The position numbers and the translations under genes were made by a program. DNA of 64,000 bases from Deltaproteobacteria bacterium (GTDB lineage: Bacteria; Desulfobacterota; Binatia; UTPRO1). Below are positions 17,355-28,727 of the stretch, in pieces (the stretch's first letter is position 1; each line of letters opens with the position of its first letter). The stretch spans positions 11,139-75,138 of the forward strand of contig JADYZW010000054.1 of assembly GCA_020852955.1 (NCBI GenBank). The letters run 5' to 3'. The notes below the pieces were generated by a model. The model did not search any database and had not been told where the DNA came from. It was given only the letters and a program-made list of their open reading frames with translations.

Positions 17355-18458
17355 ATGACCGTCGCCGACGCGCGGCCGGACGGCGAGCTCGCGTATCTGC
17401 GCGCGGTGCTCGCGGCGAGCGCCGTCGCGGCGGAGCTGCTGACGGCGATGGACGACGCCGCCGAACGCCTCGCGCCCGACCGATCCACCGGGCTGGCGAC
17501 CGCGATCGCCGCCCGCTTCGCGGCGCCGCTCGCGGCGGCGACGGAGGTGCTGGCCGCCGCGCCGGCGCCGGCCGCGCTCGCGCCCTTCGACCGCGTCTTC
17601 ACCGCCGCGCTCGCGCACGCTCGCGAGTGCGCCGCCCTCTTCGGCGGCGTTCCGAGCGCACCGCCGAGCGAGCGCCTTCCCCGGATCCTCACCGCGCTCC
17701 ATCACCACGCCCGGGCCCAGGAGCGGCTCTACCCGATCCGGTCCCTGCTGCCCCCGTTCCGCGACTACTGGTCGCCGGACGTCCCACCGGCGCCGGACGC
17801 GGCCCCGCCGTCGGCGAACCCGGCGCGGCGGACGGCGCTCACGCGCGTGTCGGCGGGCGGGCACCACGGCGGCTTCGCGGTCTACGTCCCGGAAGCGTAC
17901 GACGAGCGCCGGCCGTGGCCCCTGGTCGTCGCGCTGCACGGAGGCTCCGGGAACGGCCGCGACTTCCTCTGGACCTGGGTGCGCGACGCGAAGCGCGCGG
18001 GCCATCTCCTGGTCGCGCCGACGGCCGGCGGCGCGACCTGGGGCGCCATCGACGAGCTCGGCCTGCTCGAGATCCTCGCGTGGATGCGCGGTCGCTACCA
18101 CGTCGCGGAGGATCGCATCCTGCTCACGGGCCTCTCGGACGGCGGCACGTTCACGCTGGTCTACGGTCTCGCGCACCCGGACGTGTTCCGCGCGCTCGCC
18201 CCGTGCTGCGGCGTCCTCCATCCGGCGAACGTCGCGAACGGCAACCTCGAGCGGGCCCGCGGCGTTCCGATCTATCTCGTACACGGCGCGGAGGACTTCC
18301 TCTTTCCCGTCGCGCTGGCGCGCCGGACGCGCGAGACGCTCGCCGCGGCCGGCGCGCGTCTCGTCTATCGCGAGATTCCCGACCTCTCCCACGCGTATCC
18401 CCGCCGTGAGAACCCGGCGATCCTCGCCTGGTTCGCCGCCTTGCCGGCGTCGACCTGA
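17355..18458 (+). CDS. Alpha/beta-hydrolase (carboxylesterase/phospholipase or PHB-depolymerase-type esterase) with an Ala-rich N-terminal region of about 130 aa
   Basis: PLVVALHGGSGNG, nucleophile elbow GLSDGG, VHGAEDFLFP, DLSHAY (Ser/Asp/His candidates). Confidence 0.7.
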   Translation: MTVADARPDGELAYLRAVLAASAVAAELLTAMDDAAERLAPDRSTGLATAIAARFAAPLAAATEVLAAAPAPAALAPFDRVFTAALAHARECAALFGGVPSAPPSERLPRILTALHHHARAQERLYPIRSLLPPFRDYWSPDVPPAPDAAPPSANPARRTALTRVSAGGHHGGFAVYVPEAYDERRPWPLVVALHGGSGNGRDFLWTWVRDAKRAGHLLVAPTAGGATWGAIDELGLLEILAWMRGRYHVAEDRILLTGLSDGGTFTLVYGLAHPDVFRALAPCCGVLHPANVANGNLERARGVPIYLVHGAEDFLFPVALARRTRETLAAAGARLVYREIPDLSHAYPRRENPAILAWFAALPAST

Positions 18459-18547
18459 GGCGGGCCGTCGGGCGCCGCCCCGTGGCGGAGGCTCCGTCGA
18501 TCCGCTAGGGTCGCCCGCCAACTCACCCATCAGCGCAGGAGGAATCC

Positions 18548-19318
18548 ATGAAGCTCGACAGCGTAGCGGCGATCGTGACCGGAGGTGCGTCCGGCCTCGG
18601 CGAGGCGACGGTTCGCACGCTCGTGGCTGGCGGCGGCCGCGCCGCCATCCTCGACCGACCCCAGTCTCCGGGCGAGAAGCTCGCCGCGGAGATCGGCGCG
18701 AAGCAGGCGATCTTCGTGTCGGCCGACGTCACGTCGGAGGAGGAAGTGAAGGCCGCCGTCGACAAGACGGTCACGGCGTTCGGCAAGGTCAACGTCTGCG
18801 TGAACTGCGCCGGCGTCGGCATCGCCGTCCGCACGATCAGCAAGCACGGTCCGCACGCGCTCGACATGTTCCACATGGTGCTGAAGGTGAACCTGCTCGG
18901 GACGTTCAACACGCTCCGGCTGGCCGCCGCGGCGATGGCGACCAACGAGCCGAACGAGGAGAAGGAGCGCGGCGTCATCATCAACACCGCCTCGGTCGCG
19001 GCCTTCGACGGCCAGATCGGCCAGGCCGCCTACTCGGCGTCGAAGGGCGGCGTCGTCGGCATGACCCTGCCGATCGCGCGCGACCTGGCCTCCCTCGGCA
19101 TCCGCGTGTGCACCATCGCGCCGGGCACCTTCGACACGCCGATGTTGGCGCTCCTCCCGCAAGAGCATCGCGACGCGCTCGGCGCCGGCATCCCGTTTCC
19201 GTCCCGCCTCGGCCGGCCGGCCGAGTTCGCGGCGCTCGCGAAGCACATCATCGAGAACGCGATGCTGAACGGCGAAACCATCCGCCTCGACGGCGCGCTG
19301 CGGATGCCGCCGAAGTAG
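18548..19318 (+). CDS. Short-chain dehydrogenase, 3-hydroxyacyl-CoA dehydrogenase type-2-like
   Basis: [44 protein letters not shown], ..[16 protein letters not shown]. Confidence 0.85.
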   Translation: MKLDSVAAIVTGGASGLGEATVRTLVAGGGRAAILDRPQSPGEKLAAEIGAKQAIFVSADVTSEEEVKAAVDKTVTAFGKVNVCVNCAGVGIAVRTISKHGPHALDMFHMVLKVNLLGTFNTLRLAAAAMATNEPNEEKERGVIINTASVAAFDGQIGQAAYSASKGGVVGMTLPIARDLASLGIRVCTIAPGTFDTPMLALLPQEHRDALGAGIPFPSRLGRPAEFAALAKHIIENAMLNGETIRLDGALRMPPK

Positions 19319-19346
19319 TCGCCGATCCGCGCGCGGCGTCCACCCC

Positions 19347-19381
19347 GGAGCGGCGGGCGCCGCCGCGACGCCCACCGCTCC
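19347..19381. terminator. Hairpin between convergent genes (13-bp stem with one mismatch, 9-nt loop)
   Basis: GGAGCGGCGGGCG-ccgccgcga-CGCCCACCGCTCC, between the SDR stop (19318) and the dcd stop (19394). No U-tract. Confidence 0.4.
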
Positions 19382-19393
19382 GTCGCGTGCGCC

Positions 19394-19903
19394 TCAGAGG
19401 CGCAGCTGGTCCGCGAACCGCCCGGCGTAGACCGCCGATCCCTCGGCGCGTTGCAGCACGATCTGACAGAGGCGAATCCCGGCGCGGATCCGTAGCGGAC
19501 GTCCCGCGACGTTCGACATCTCGAGCACCTGCCGGTTGTCGACGCCAGGCGCCACGAACCCCGACGTCACGTGGATCATGAGCCCGAGCCGCGCGTAGCG
19601 GCTGCGCCCTTCGAGCCAGCCGCCGACGTCGGGGGGCAGGCGGATGCGCTCGCGCGTGATCCCGTGAATGGTCTCGCCCGGCTGCAGCGCGTACGGCTCC
19701 ATGAGGGGGCGCACCTGCGTCACGGTCCGGTAGTCCGCGTCGTCGTCGAGGTCGATCACGGGGGGCCCGCCCTGCATGACGCGGATCTCGTCGCCGAGGT
19801 GGAGGTCGACCGACGCGGGACCGACCTGATCCGGCTCGAAGGGGTCGATGACGAGCCGTCCTTCGGCGATCTCGTGGAGGATCACGTCATGGGTGAGGAT
19901 CAC
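19394..19903 (-). CDS. dcd: dCTP deaminase
   Basis: GTG at 19903 preceded by GGAAAGGAG. VILTHDVILHEIAEGRLVIDPFEPDQVGPASVDLHLG.., GWLEGRSRYARLGLMIH. Confidence 0.85.
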   Translation of the reverse strand: MILTHDVILHEIAEGRLVIDPFEPDQVGPASVDLHLGDEIRVMQGGPPVIDLDDDADYRTVTQVRPLMEPYALQPGETIHGITRERIRLPPDVGGWLEGRSRYARLGLMIHVTSGFVAPGVDNRQVLEMSNVAGRPLRIRAGIRLCQIVLQRAEGSAVYAGRFADQLRL

Positions 19904-20035
19904 GCGGGGCTCCTTTCCGCGCGGACTGTAGCGGCGCGCCCGACGGGAGGCGAGCCGCGCCGCCCGCCGGGCGCCCCGGGCGATGGACCCGGCGAACCAC
20001 GGGCATCGCGCCGTACGCCCGGAACCTAATGAAAC

Positions 20036-20063
20036 TTGACAGAATCGCAATCTACCTATACGT
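20036..20063 (+). promoter_or_regulatory. Sigma-70-like promoter candidate for the Lrp-gltBD unit
   Basis: Perfect TTGACA (20036-20041) in a local AT-rich island, with TATACG/ATACGT 15-16 nt downstream. About 30 nt upstream of AGGAGG and the ATG at 20092. Confidence 0.35.
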
Positions 20064-20091
20064 CCGTTCGGCCGACAGGAGGCAACACCTC

Positions 20092-20634
20092 ATGAAATTA
20101 GGCGAAGAGCATCCTGACCTCGACGACATCGACCGCCAGATCCTCACCCTCATGCAGGAGAACTGCCGCCTCCCGCTCGCCAAGATCGGGGAGCGCGTCG
20201 GCTTGTCGGCGCCGTCGGTGCTGGAGCGGGTAAAGAAGCTCGAGGACGGCGGAATCATCACCGCCTATCGGGCGGTCGTGGACGCGCGGCGCCTCGGCAA
20301 GGACATCACCGCGTTCATCGGCGTCTCGACCGGACACCCGCACGCGATCGACCGCTTCGAGCGCGAGATCGAATCGCTCGACGACGTGCTCGAATGCCAC
20401 CACGTAACCGGCATCCACACGATGATTCTCAAGGCCAAGACGCGCAACACGTCGTCCCTCGAGGAACTCATCAGCCGCATCCGGGCGATCGAAGGCGTCG
20501 TTCGCACCGAGACGATGGTCGTCCTCTCGACGCACACCGAGCGCAGCCAGATCCCGGTCGTCGAGCCGACGCCCGCACCCCGGCGGAGTCGGCGAAGCCC
20601 GGAGAAGGCCCTGCACCTGAAGGGCGTGCACTAG
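20092..20634 (+). CDS. Lrp/AsnC family transcriptional regulator
   Basis: AGGAGG 8 nt upstream of the [50 protein letters not shown] (HTH) plus a RAM/ACT-like C-terminal domain. Confidence 0.9.
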   Translation: MKLGEEHPDLDDIDRQILTLMQENCRLPLAKIGERVGLSAPSVLERVKKLEDGGIITAYRAVVDARRLGKDITAFIGVSTGHPHAIDRFEREIESLDDVLECHHVTGIHTMILKAKTRNTSSLEELISRIRAIEGVVRTETMVVLSTHTERSQIPVVEPTPAPRRSRRSPEKALHLKGVH

Positions 20635-20642
20635 GAGGAACC

Positions 20643-23600
20643 ATGCAGCCGACGCGACCCCCCGGACGCCAGGGCCTCTACGATCCGATGCACGAGCACG
20701 ACGCCTGCGGCGTCGGCTTCGTCGTCAACATGAAGGGCGAGAAGTCGCACGCGATCATCGAGCAGGGCTTGCGGATCCTGGCGAACCTCACCCATCGCGG
20801 CGCCTGCGGCTGCGATCCGCTGACGGGCGACGGCGCCGGCATCCTGACGCAGATGCCCGACGCGTTCCTCCGGAAGGCCTGCGCCGCGCTCGACATCGCG
20901 CTGCCGCCGCCCGGCGAGTACGGCGCCGGAATGGTGTTTCTCCCCGAGCGCGTCGACGAGCGCAACGAGTGCCTCGAGATGTTCGAGAAGGTGGTGCGCG
21001 AGGAGGGGCAGCGGCTCCTCGGCTGGCGCCGCGTGCCCATCGACGCCGACACGTGTGGCCCCATGGCGCGCAAGTCGCTCCCGGAGATCCGCCAGATCTT
21101 CGTCGAACGCGGACGCGCCACGCCGGACCAGGCGGCGCTCGAGCGCAAGCTCTACGTGATCCGCAAGCGCGTCGAACGTCTCGTACGCGAGTCGGGGCTC
21201 CGCGATTCGGAGTCGTTCTACGTCCCGAGCCTCTCGACCCGCACGATGAACTACAAGGGACTCCTGCTGCCAAACCAGATCCCGCAGTTCTACACCGACC
21301 TGACCGACCCGGACTTCGCGAGCGCGCTCGCCCTCGTGCACCAGCGCTTCAGCACCAACACCTTCCCGTCCTGGGACCGCGCCCACCCGTATCGCTACGT
21401 GGCGCACAACGGCGAGATCAACACGCTGCGCGGCAACGTGAACTGGATGCACGCGCGCGAGTCCATGTTCGCGTCACCGCTCTTCGGCGAGGACGTCGAG
21501 AAGCTTTCCCCGATCATCGCGCCGGGCGGCAGCGACTCGGCGGCGTTCGACAACGCGCTCGAGTTCCTCGTTCACACCGGTCGGCCGCTCGCGCACGCGG
21601 TCATGATGATGATCCCGGAGGCCTGGCAGAAGCACGAGAGCATGAGCCGCGAGAAGCGGGCTTTCTACCGCTACCACGCGTGCCTCACCGAAGCGTGGGA
21701 CGGCCCCGCGTCGATCGCCTTCAGCGACGGCACCGTCATCGGCGCCGTGCTCGACCGCAACGGCCTCCGCCCCTCGCGCTACGTCGTCACCAAGGACGGG
21801 CTCGTCGTCATGGCGTCCGAGGTTGGCGTGCTCGACATCGCCCCCGAGAACGTCGTCGCCAAGGGACGCCTCCAGCCCGGACGCATGTTCCTCGTCGACC
21901 TCGCGCAAGGCCGCATCATCGCCGACGAGGAACTCAAGGCGGCGATCGCGCGCCGCCAGCCGTACGAGCGCTGGCTCGACGAGAACCTGACACGCCTCGA
22001 CGACCTCCCGGCACCAGCCGCGACGCCGGCGGCCTACGGGGATGCGGAGCGCCTCACCCGCCAGCGGGCCTTCGGCTACACCCTCGAGGACCTGAAGTTC
22101 CTCATGGCGCCGATGGCCCTCAACGGCCAGGAGGCGGTCGGCTCCATGGGCACCGACACGCCGCTCGCGGTGCTCTCGAACAAGCCGCAGCTTCTCTTCA
22201 ACTACTTCAAGCAGCTCTTCGCCCAGGTCACGAATCCCCCGATCGATCCGATCCGCGAGGATCTCGTCATGTCGCTCAAGGCGACGATCGGACGCGAGGA
22301 GAACCTCTTCGAGGAAACGCCGGCCCATTGCCGACAGCTCGAGCTCGAGGAGCCGGTCATCGGCAACGAGGCGCTCGCCAAGATCAAGAGCCTCGAGCGC
22401 GGCACGCTGCGGACCGTCACGATCCCGATGCTCTACCGGGTCGCCGACGGCGGCGCCGGGCTCGAGAAGGCCCTGTCCGTGCTCTGCTGGGAGGCCGAGG
22501 TCGCGATCAGCAACGGCGCAACGATCCTCGTGCTCACCGACCGCGGCATGGACGAGGACCATGCGCCGATCCCGAGCCTGCTCGCGACGGCGTCGGTCCA
22601 CCACCATCTCATCCGCGCGGGCACCCGCACCCGCTGCGGCCTCGTCGTCGAGTCCGGCGAGCCGCGCGAGGTGCAGCATTTCGCGCTGCTGGTCGGCTAC
22701 GGCGCGGGCGCGATCAACCCCTACCTCGCGATCGAGACCGTCACCGAGATGGTCCGCACCGGCATCCTCAAGAACGTGAGCGGGGACGACGCGGTGGCGC
22801 ATTACCTGAAAGCGGCCAACAAGGGCATCCTGAAGGTGATGACCAAGATGGGCATCTCGACCATCCAGAGCTACCGCGGCGCTCAGATCTTCGAGGCGAT
22901 CGGCCTCAATCGCGAGCTCATCGACGCGTCCTTCGCGAACACCGCCTCGCGTATCGAGGGCATCGGCCTCGACGCCCTCGCGGCGGAGAGCGCGGCGCGG
23001 CACGCGCACGCCTACACGACCGCGCCCGAGCTCGACGGCCAGCTGGACCCCGGCGGCCAGTACCAATGGCGGCGGCGCGGCGAGTTCCACATGTACAACC
23101 CGAACTCGATCGCGAAGCTGCAGCACGCGGTGCGGGCCGGAAGCTACCCGCTCTTCAAGCAGTACTCCGCGGTCGTGAACGACGAGAGCCGTCACCTCTG
23201 TACGTTGCGCGGGCTCCTCAAGTTCCGGCCATCCAGACCGATTCCGCTCGACGAAGTGGAGCCCGCGAGCGAGATCGTCAAGCGCTTCAAGACCGGCGCG
23301 ATGTCGCTCGGCTCGATCAGCCGCGAGGCGCACGAAACCCTCGCCATCGCCATGAACAGGATCGGCGGCAAGTCCAACACCGGCGAGGGCGGCGAGGATC
23401 CCGTCCGCTACCGGCGCGATCCGAACGGCGACTCGCGGCGCAGCGCGATCAAGCAGGTGGCATCGGGCCGCTTCGGCGTCACGAGCCACTACCTGGTGAA
23501 CGCCGACGAGATCCAGATCAAGATGGCGCAGGGCGCGAAGCCCGGCGAGGGCGGCCAGCTCCCCGGTCACAAGATCGACCAGTACATCGCGAAGATCCGC

Positions 23601-25178
23601 TACTCGACGCCGGGCGTCGGCCTGATCTCGCCGCCGCCGCACCACGACATCTACTCGATCGAAGATCTCTCGCAGTTGATCCACGACCTGAAAAACGCCA
23701 ACGACCGGGCGCGTATCAGCGTGAAGCTCGTCGCCGAGGTGGGCGTCGGCACGGTCGCGGCGGGCGTCGCGAAGGCCAAGGCCGACGTCGTGCTCATCAG
23801 CGGCCACGACGGCGGGACGGGCGCGTCGCCGCTCACCTCCCTCAAGCACGCGGGCATCCCGTGGGAGCTCGGCCTCGCCGAAACCCAGCAGGTGCTCGTC
23901 ATGAACGACCTGCGCGGCCGCATCCGCGTCGAGACCGACGGCCAGTTGAAGACCGGGCGGGACATCGCGGTCGCGGCGCTGCTCGGCGCCGAGGAGTTCG
24001 GCTTCGCGACGTCGGCGCTGGTCGCGTCGGGCTGCATCCTCATGCGGGTCTGCCACCTCAACACCTGCCCGGTCGGCATCGCGACCCAGGACCCGGTCCT
24101 TCGCAAGAAGTACGAGGGCCGGCCCGAGCACGTCGTGAACTTCATGACCTTTCTCGCCGAGGAGCTCCGGGAGATCATGGCGGAGCTCGGCTTCCGCACC
24201 CTCGCGGAGATGGTGGGGCGCGTCGACAAGCTCGAGACCCGCGACGCGATCGAGCACTGGAAGGCGCGCGGGCTCGACTTGACGGAGATCCTGCACCGGC
24301 CGGAGGTCGCGGAGCAGGTCGCGATCCACGCGGTCACCACGCAGGACCACGGCCTCGAGCGCGCGCTCGACAACCAGCTGATCGCGGTCTGCAAGCCCGC
24401 GCTCGAGCACCGTACGCCGATCGAGGCGACCTTCGCGATCCGCAACGTCCATCGCACCGTGTGCACGATGCTGTCCGCCGAGATCTCGCGCCGCTACGGC
24501 GCCGAGGGCCTGCCGCCCGAAACGATCCGGCTCGCGTTCGCGGGCTCGGCAGGCCAGAGCTTCGGCGCCTTCATGGCGCCCGGCCTCGCCGTCACGCTCG
24601 AAGGCGACGCCAACGACTACTTCGGCAAGGGCATCTCGGGGGGGCGCATCGTGGTGTTCCCGCCCCGCACCGCGACGTTCGCGGCCGAAGACAACATCAT
24701 CGTCGGCAACGTCTCGCTCTATGGCGCGACCGGCGGCGAGGTCTTCTGCCGCGGCCAGGCCGGCGAGCGGTTCGCCGTCCGCAACAGCGGCGTCACCGCC
24801 GTCATCGAGGGCGTCGGCGACCACGGATGCGAGTACATGACCAAGGGTATGGTGGTGGTCCTCGGCAAGACCGGCCGCAACTTCGCGGCTGGCATGAGCG
24901 GCGGCGTCGCCTACGTCTACGACGCCGACGGCGACTTCGCCGGGCGCTGCAACCCGAGCATGGTCGAGCTCGACCCGATGGAGGCGCCGGACTTCGCGAT
25001 CCTGAAGGACCTCATCCGCCGACACCACGAGTACACCGGAAGCACCGTCGCCGCGCGCATCCTGTCGACCTGGAGCGAGGCGGCGGCCACGTTCAAGAAG
25101 GTGATGCCGGTCGAGTACCGCAAGGTGCTCGCCGCAGCCCACCTCGACAGCGAGGCCGCGCGCCTCGCCTCGGTCTGA
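20643..25178 (+). CDS. gltB: Glutamate synthase large subunit
   Basis: [14 protein letters not shown] (Ntn amidotransferase Cys1 after processing), then central, FMN and GXGXG domains along about 1511 aa. Confidence 0.97.
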   Translation: MQPTRPPGRQGLYDPMHEHDACGVGFVVNMKGEKSHAIIEQGLRILANLTHRGACGCDPLTGDGAGILTQMPDAFLRKACAALDIALPPPGEYGAGMVFLPERVDERNECLEMFEKVVREEGQRLLGWRRVPIDADTCGPMARKSLPEIRQIFVERGRATPDQAALERKLYVIRKRVERLVRESGLRDSESFYVPSLSTRTMNYKGLLLPNQIPQFYTDLTDPDFASALALVHQRFSTNTFPSWDRAHPYRYVAHNGEINTLRGNVNWMHARESMFASPLFGEDVEKLSPIIAPGGSDSAAFDNALEFLVHTGRPLAHAVMMMIPEAWQKHESMSREKRAFYRYHACLTEAWDGPASIAFSDGTVIGAVLDRNGLRPSRYVVTKDGLVVMASEVGVLDIAPENVVAKGRLQPGRMFLVDLAQGRIIADEELKAAIARRQPYERWLDENLTRLDDLPAPAATPAAYGDAERLTRQRAFGYTLEDLKFLMAPMALNGQEAVGSMGTDTPLAVLSNKPQLLFNYFKQLFAQVTNPPIDPIREDLVMSLKATIGREENLFEETPAHCRQLELEEPVIGNEALAKIKSLERGTLRTVTIPMLYRVADGGAGLEKALSVLCWEAEVAISNGATILVLTDRGMDEDHAPIPSLLATASVHHHLIRAGTRTRCGLVVESGEPREVQHFALLVGYGAGAINPYLAIETVTEMVRTGILKNVSGDDAVAHYLKAANKGILKVMTKMGISTIQSYRGAQIFEAIGLNRELIDASFANTASRIEGIGLDALAAESAARHAHAYTTAPELDGQLDPGGQYQWRRRGEFHMYNPNSIAKLQHAVRAGSYPLFKQYSAVVNDESRHLCTLRGLLKFRPSRPIPLDEVEPASEIVKRFKTGAMSLGSISREAHETLAIAMNRIGGKSNTGEGGEDPVRYRRDPNGDSRRSAIKQVASGRFGVTSHYLVNADEIQIKMAQGAKPGEGGQLPGHKIDQYIAKIRYSTPGVGLISPPPHHDIYSIEDLSQLIHDLKNANDRARISVKLVAEVGVGTVAAGVAKAKADVVLISGHDGGTGASPLTSLKHAGIPWELGLAETQQVLVMNDLRGRIRVETDGQLKTGRDIAVAALLGAEEFGFATSALVASGCILMRVCHLNTCPVGIATQDPVLRKKYEGRPEHVVNFMTFLAEELREIMAELGFRTLAEMVGRVDKLETRDAIEHWKARGLDLTEILHRPEVAEQVAIHAVTTQDHGLERALDNQLIAVCKPALEHRTPIEATFAIRNVHRTVCTMLSAEISRRYGAEGLPPETIRLAFAGSAGQSFGAFMAPGLAVTLEGDANDYFGKGISGGRIVVFPPRTATFAAEDNIIVGNVSLYGATGGEVFCRGQAGERFAVRNSGVTAVIEGVGDHGCEYMTKGMVVVLGKTGRNFAAGMSGGVAYVYDADGDFAGRCNPSMVELDPMEAPDFAILKDLIRRHHEYTGSTVAARILSTWSEAAATFKKVMPVEYRKVLAAAHLDSEAARLASV

Positions 25179-25183
25179 CGCCC

Positions 25184-26635
25184 ATGGGAAAGATCACCGG
25201 TTTCCTCGAAATCGCACGCGAGCTGCCGCCCCGCCGGCCCGTCGCGGAGCGTCTGAAGGATTGGCGGGAGCTCGAGGGCAAGTTGCCCGAGGACACCCTG
25301 CGGCAGCAGGGGGCGCGCTGCATGGATTGCGGTATCCCCTTCTGCCACAAGGGCTGCCCGCTCGGAAACATCATCCCGGACTGGAACGACCTCGTGTACC
25401 GGGGACGGTGGAAGGAAGCGATCGACCGGCTGCACTCGACCAACAACTTCCCCGACTTCACGGGCCGCGTATGTCCGGCGCCGTGCGAGGAAGCGTGCGT
25501 CCTTCGCATCAACGACGACCCGGTCACGATCAAGCAGATCGAGAAGCAGATCATCGAGCACGCCTTCGACGCGGGCTGGGTGACGCCGATCCCGCCGAGC
25601 CACCGGACCGGGAAGCGCGTGGCCGTCGTCGGCTCGGGACCCGCCGGGCTCGCCGTCGCCGCCCAGTTGAATCGCGCGGGGCACACGGTCGAAGTGTTCG
25701 AGCGCGCCGACCGGATCGGCGGCCTCCTGACCTACGGCATTCCCGACTTCAAGCTCGAGAAGCGCGTCGTGGAGCGGCGCGTCGCGCACTTGCGCGCCGA
25801 AGGCATCGTCTTCCACGTCAACGCCAACGTCGGCGTCGACGTGTCCGTCGCCGATCTGCGCGCGACCTTCGATGCCGTCGTCCTGGCGGGCGGTGCGACG
25901 GCCGCGCGCGACCTTCCCATCCCCGGCCGCGACCTCAAGGGCATCCATTTCGCGATGGAGTTCCTGCCGCAGCAGAACAGGAAGGTCGCGGGCGACGCGG
26001 TCCCGAATCAGATCCTCGCGACGGGGAAGAACGTCGTGGTCCTCGGCGGCGGCGACACCGGCTCGGACTGCCTCGGCACCTCGAACCGCCAGGGCGCCAG
26101 GAGCGTCCACCAGTTCGAGCTCCTGCCCAAACCGCCAGAAACGCGCACCGAGGGGATCGCCCCCTGGCCGCACTGGCCGATGATCCTCCGAAGCTCCTCG
26201 TCGCACGAGGAGGGCGTGATCCGCGATTGGAGCATCAACACCAAGCGCTTCAGCGGGGATGCCGACGGCAACGTGAAGAAGCTCCACGGCGTCCATCTGG
26301 AATGGACGCAGGACGAGAACGGCCGCCCGCGAATGGTCGAGGTCCCCGGGAGCGAGTTCGAGCTCGACTGCGATCTCGCGCTGCTGGCCATGGGCTTCGT
26401 CGGCCCCGAGAGGACGGGCATGCTCGAGCAGCTCGGTGTCACGCTCGACGAGCGCGGCAACGTCGCCGTCGGCGCCGACTACCAGTCGAGCGTCCCCGGT
26501 GTCTTCGCATGCGGCGACATGCGACGCGGCCAGTCGCTGGTCGTATGGGCGATCTGGGAAGGCCGCGAGGCCGCCCGCGGCGTCGACACGTACCTCATGG
26601 GCGCTACGAGCCTGCCGGCGAGCCCCGACCTCTGA
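25184..26635 (+). CDS. gltD: Glutamate synthase small subunit (NADPH)
   Basis: MGKITGFLE.., [57 protein letters not shown]. The reading frame is shared with a long out-of-frame shadow ORF (20969-). Confidence 0.95.
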   Translation: MGKITGFLEIARELPPRRPVAERLKDWRELEGKLPEDTLRQQGARCMDCGIPFCHKGCPLGNIIPDWNDLVYRGRWKEAIDRLHSTNNFPDFTGRVCPAPCEEACVLRINDDPVTIKQIEKQIIEHAFDAGWVTPIPPSHRTGKRVAVVGSGPAGLAVAAQLNRAGHTVEVFERADRIGGLLTYGIPDFKLEKRVVERRVAHLRAEGIVFHVNANVGVDVSVADLRATFDAVVLAGGATAARDLPIPGRDLKGIHFAMEFLPQQNRKVAGDAVPNQILATGKNVVVLGGGDTGSDCLGTSNRQGARSVHQFELLPKPPETRTEGIAPWPHWPMILRSSSSHEEGVIRDWSINTKRFSGDADGNVKKLHGVHLEWTQDENGRPRMVEVPGSEFELDCDLALLAMGFVGPERTGMLEQLGVTLDERGNVAVGADYQSSVPGVFACGDMRRGQSLVVWAIWEGREAARGVDTYLMGATSLPASPDL

Positions 26636-26637
26636 TC

Positions 26638-26683
26638 GGGCGCAGCGCCGGGTCGTGCTGACCCACTACCCGGCGCTGCGCCC
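26638..26683 (+). terminator. Strong hairpin immediately after gltD (perfect 15-bp stem, 16-nt loop)
   Basis: GGGCGCAGCGCCGGG-N16-CCCGGCGCTGCGCCC, starting 3 nt after the stop. No clear U-tract. Confidence 0.55.
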
Positions 26684-26713
26684 CCGTTGCGGGTGATCCC
26701 TCATCCGGCGAGG

Positions 26714-27799
26714 ATGCCGGCCGTGCGGATCGGCCTCCTCGCCTGCGGCGCCGTGATCGGCGCAATCGCCACGATCGCCGCCGCGTTCGCGGGGCGGACG
26801 CCGAGCGTGCGCTGCGGGACCGTCGTCGAGGAGGAGGCCGTCCTCGACCGCGACCTGCGCTGCGACGGCGTCGCCGTCACGCTGCGGAATCCGCGCAGCG
26901 TGCTGCACCTGAACGGACACACCGTCGCGTCCGCGCACGCCTGCGCCGACGGCGCCGCGCCGAGCGGCATCGTCGTCGAGGGCACGGCCGACGACGCGCA
27001 GATCCTCGGCCCAGGTCTCGTGCAGGGATTCGTGACCGGCATCGCCGTCGTCGACGCCGTCCGCGTACAGGTGCGCGACCTCCGGATCGCCGACAGCTGC
27101 GGCGTCGGCCTCCTCGTCGTCGGCACCGACGGAGTCCGCGTACGCGACGGCATCTTCCACCGGAACGGCCGCGCCAGCGACGAGGGCGGCGCGATCCGCG
27201 TCGAGCAGAGCAAGCGCTTCCTCCTCGACGGAGCGGAGGTGTTCGCGAACACGGCGAGCGCGCGGAGCGCCGCGCTCGACCTCCGCGATTGCGATCAGTG
27301 CCGGATCGTCGCCAATCGCATCGTCGCGAACGGCGGGTCCGGGCTCCGCCTCGACCCCGAGTCGCGCGGCGTCGTGCTGGAACGGAACGTCGTGCTCGAT
27401 CAGCGCGGCGTCGACGTCCTCGACCAGAGCAACGACGGCACCTACGTCTTCAACCTCTTCGAGCGCGGCGACGGCCTGCGCGCGCCGGCCTTGTGGCCGC
27501 CCGCCGGCGCCCGAGCGGCGGCCCCGGCGGGCCCGACCGGATGCGGGACGATGCACGCCGTCGCGCCGGCCCAAACGACGGTCGGAATCGAATGCCCGAC
27601 CGCCGCCGGCGTCCGCGGCGCGCGCAACGGCGTCGTCGCGTACCGCCTGCTGAACGCCTTCTCCCTGCAGCCCTTCCCGTCCCCGTGCGATCCGGTCGAG
27701 GTTCGTCCCGCGGACGACCGCCGCGGCGGCGCGGTCCGCTGCACCAATCCGGATCGGCTCTACCCGGCGCTGCTCGAAGTCACCTGCTGCCTGATGTAA
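26714..27799 (+). CDS. Secreted right-handed parallel beta-helix repeat protein (pectin-lyase-fold/NosD-like) with a Cys-containing C-terminal tail
   Basis: ATG at 26714. Signal-like MPAVRIGLLACGAVIGAIATIAAAFA. Repeated ..V.V.D..I..N/G.. rungs (VQVRDLRIADS, VRVRDGIFHRN, CRIVANRIVANG). Confidence 0.6.
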   Translation: MPAVRIGLLACGAVIGAIATIAAAFAGRTPSVRCGTVVEEEAVLDRDLRCDGVAVTLRNPRSVLHLNGHTVASAHACADGAAPSGIVVEGTADDAQILGPGLVQGFVTGIAVVDAVRVQVRDLRIADSCGVGLLVVGTDGVRVRDGIFHRNGRASDEGGAIRVEQSKRFLLDGAEVFANTASARSAALDLRDCDQCRIVANRIVANGGSGLRLDPESRGVVLERNVVLDQRGVDVLDQSNDGTYVFNLFERGDGLRAPALWPPAGARAAAPAGPTGCGTMHAVAPAQTTVGIECPTAAGVRGARNGVVAYRLLNAFSLQPFPSPCDPVEVRPADDRRGGAVRCTNPDRLYPALLEVTCCLM

Positions 27800-27804
27800 C
27801 CCGG

Positions 27805-28284
27805 TCAGTCGCCGTCTTCCCGCACCTGCTGCGCGAGATAGTGCGCTTCGCCGATCGTCGCCACGAGATGCAGCTGGGTTTCGAGCCAGTCGAGGTGCTC
27901 CTCCTCGCTCACGAGGATGTGTTCCGCGAGCTCCCGGGTCCCGTTGTCGCCGAGCTCGGCGCACAGCGCGATACCCTTGTTCAGGCGCGCGACCGCTTCC
28001 ACCTCGAGCTGCCGGTCGAGCTTCAACAGCTCCGGCACCGTCTCGCCGACGTTCACTTTGTAGAGGCGTTGCAGGTTCGGAATGCCCTCCAGATAGAGGA
28101 TGCGCTCGATGACGTCGTCGGCGTGCTTCATCTCGTCGATCGACTCCTTCCGGATGTGGGCGCCGAGCGCGCGATACCCCCAGTTCCGACACATCTTGGC
28201 GTGGATGAAGTACTGGTTGATCGAGGTCAGCTCGCTGGTCAGGACGTCGTTCAGGAACTCGATGACTCGCTTGTGGCCCTTCAT
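27805..28284 (-). CDS. bfr: Bacterioferritin
   Basis: [37 protein letters not shown].., [18 protein letters not shown]. Confidence 0.95.
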   Translation of the reverse strand: MKGHKRVIEFLNDVLTSELTSINQYFIHAKMCRNWGYRALGAHIRKESIDEMKHADDVIERILYLEGIPNLQRLYKVNVGETVPELLKLDRQLEVEAVARLNKGIALCAELGDNGTRELAEHILVSEEEHLDWLETQLHLVATIGEAHYLAQQVREDGD

Positions 28285-28401
28285 GGATCCCTCCTCCGGG
28301 TGCGGCGTGGCGGCACGCTAGCACACCGCCGTGCGCCGCACGACGCCTTCAGCGCTCGCGGCCGCGGATCATCCGCGCGGCGCGGCGCCGGCGCAGAGCG
28401 C

Positions 28402-28626
28402 TCAGGCCCGCTCGGCGGCGATCGGCGTCGCGCCGACCGCGGGCGCCGCCTCCATCGCCGCCGCGGCGCGACAGCGGGCGAGACACTCGCGGATGAGCGG
28501 CTTGCAGGCGCCACACCCGGTCCCCGCACCGCATCGACGGCCGATCTCCTTCACGGTGGTGGCGCCCGCCGCGATGGTCTCGATGATCTCGCGCTCGCTG
28601 ACGTTGGCGCACAGGCACACGATCAT
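28402..28626 (-). CDS. bfd: Bacterioferritin-associated ferredoxin ([2Fe-2S], BFD-like)
   Basis: MIVCLCANVSEREI..GAGTGCGACKPLI (C-x-C...C-x2-C). Start set at 28626 because the upstream Met (28662) lies inside the Fur-box-like element. Confidence 0.8.
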   Translation of the reverse strand: MIVCLCANVSEREIIETIAAGATTVKEIGRRCGAGTGCGACKPLIRECLARCRAAAAMEAAPAVGATPIAAERA

Positions 28627-28643
28627 GATCACGGTTTTACGGA

Positions 28644-28671
28644 CATTGATAATCAATTTCAATAGTCATTG
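28644..28671. promoter_or_regulatory. Fur-box-like AT-rich operator upstream of bfd-bfr
   Basis: CATTGATAATCAATTTCAATAGTCATTG contains the perfect palindrome ATTGAT-A-ATCAAT and a GATAAT hexamer. It is by far the most AT-rich stretch in this neighbourhood. Confidence 0.55.
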
Positions 28672-28727
28672 TCGCCCAACACCCGCTCCAGCGAAATCGC
28701 CCATTTGGGCGCTGCTGGCCGCGCGTC

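Noticed and set aside
15882-18530. 882-aa minus-strand ORF; also 15097-17208 (+), 15251-16648 (-) and 16661-18409 (+)
   Set aside because: They overlap KAS, SixA and the esterase in wrong frames or on the wrong strand. All are extreme Arg/Ala/Gly/Pro low-complexity.
21474-25142. 1222-aa ORF on the minus strand
   Set aside because: It is entirely antisense to gltB. The composition is dominated by R/A/G/D/E/V with no domain signature. This is a typical stop-poor shadow frame of very GC-rich coding DNA.
20969-25183. N-terminal 1405 codons of the 1888-aa ORF that ends as gltD
   Set aside because: It is out of frame with gltB and Arg/Pro/Gly-rich. gltD begins at the ATG at 25184 (MGKITGFLE..).
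27700-27799. C-terminal ...TCCLM of the beta-helix protein resembles a CaaX prenylation box, tempting given the prenyl synthase elsewhere in the window
   Set aside because: The protein is predicted to be exported. Bacteria are not known to encode protein prenyltransferases, and none is recognisable here. The second position is Cys rather than aliphatic. The two loci are 30 kb apart.
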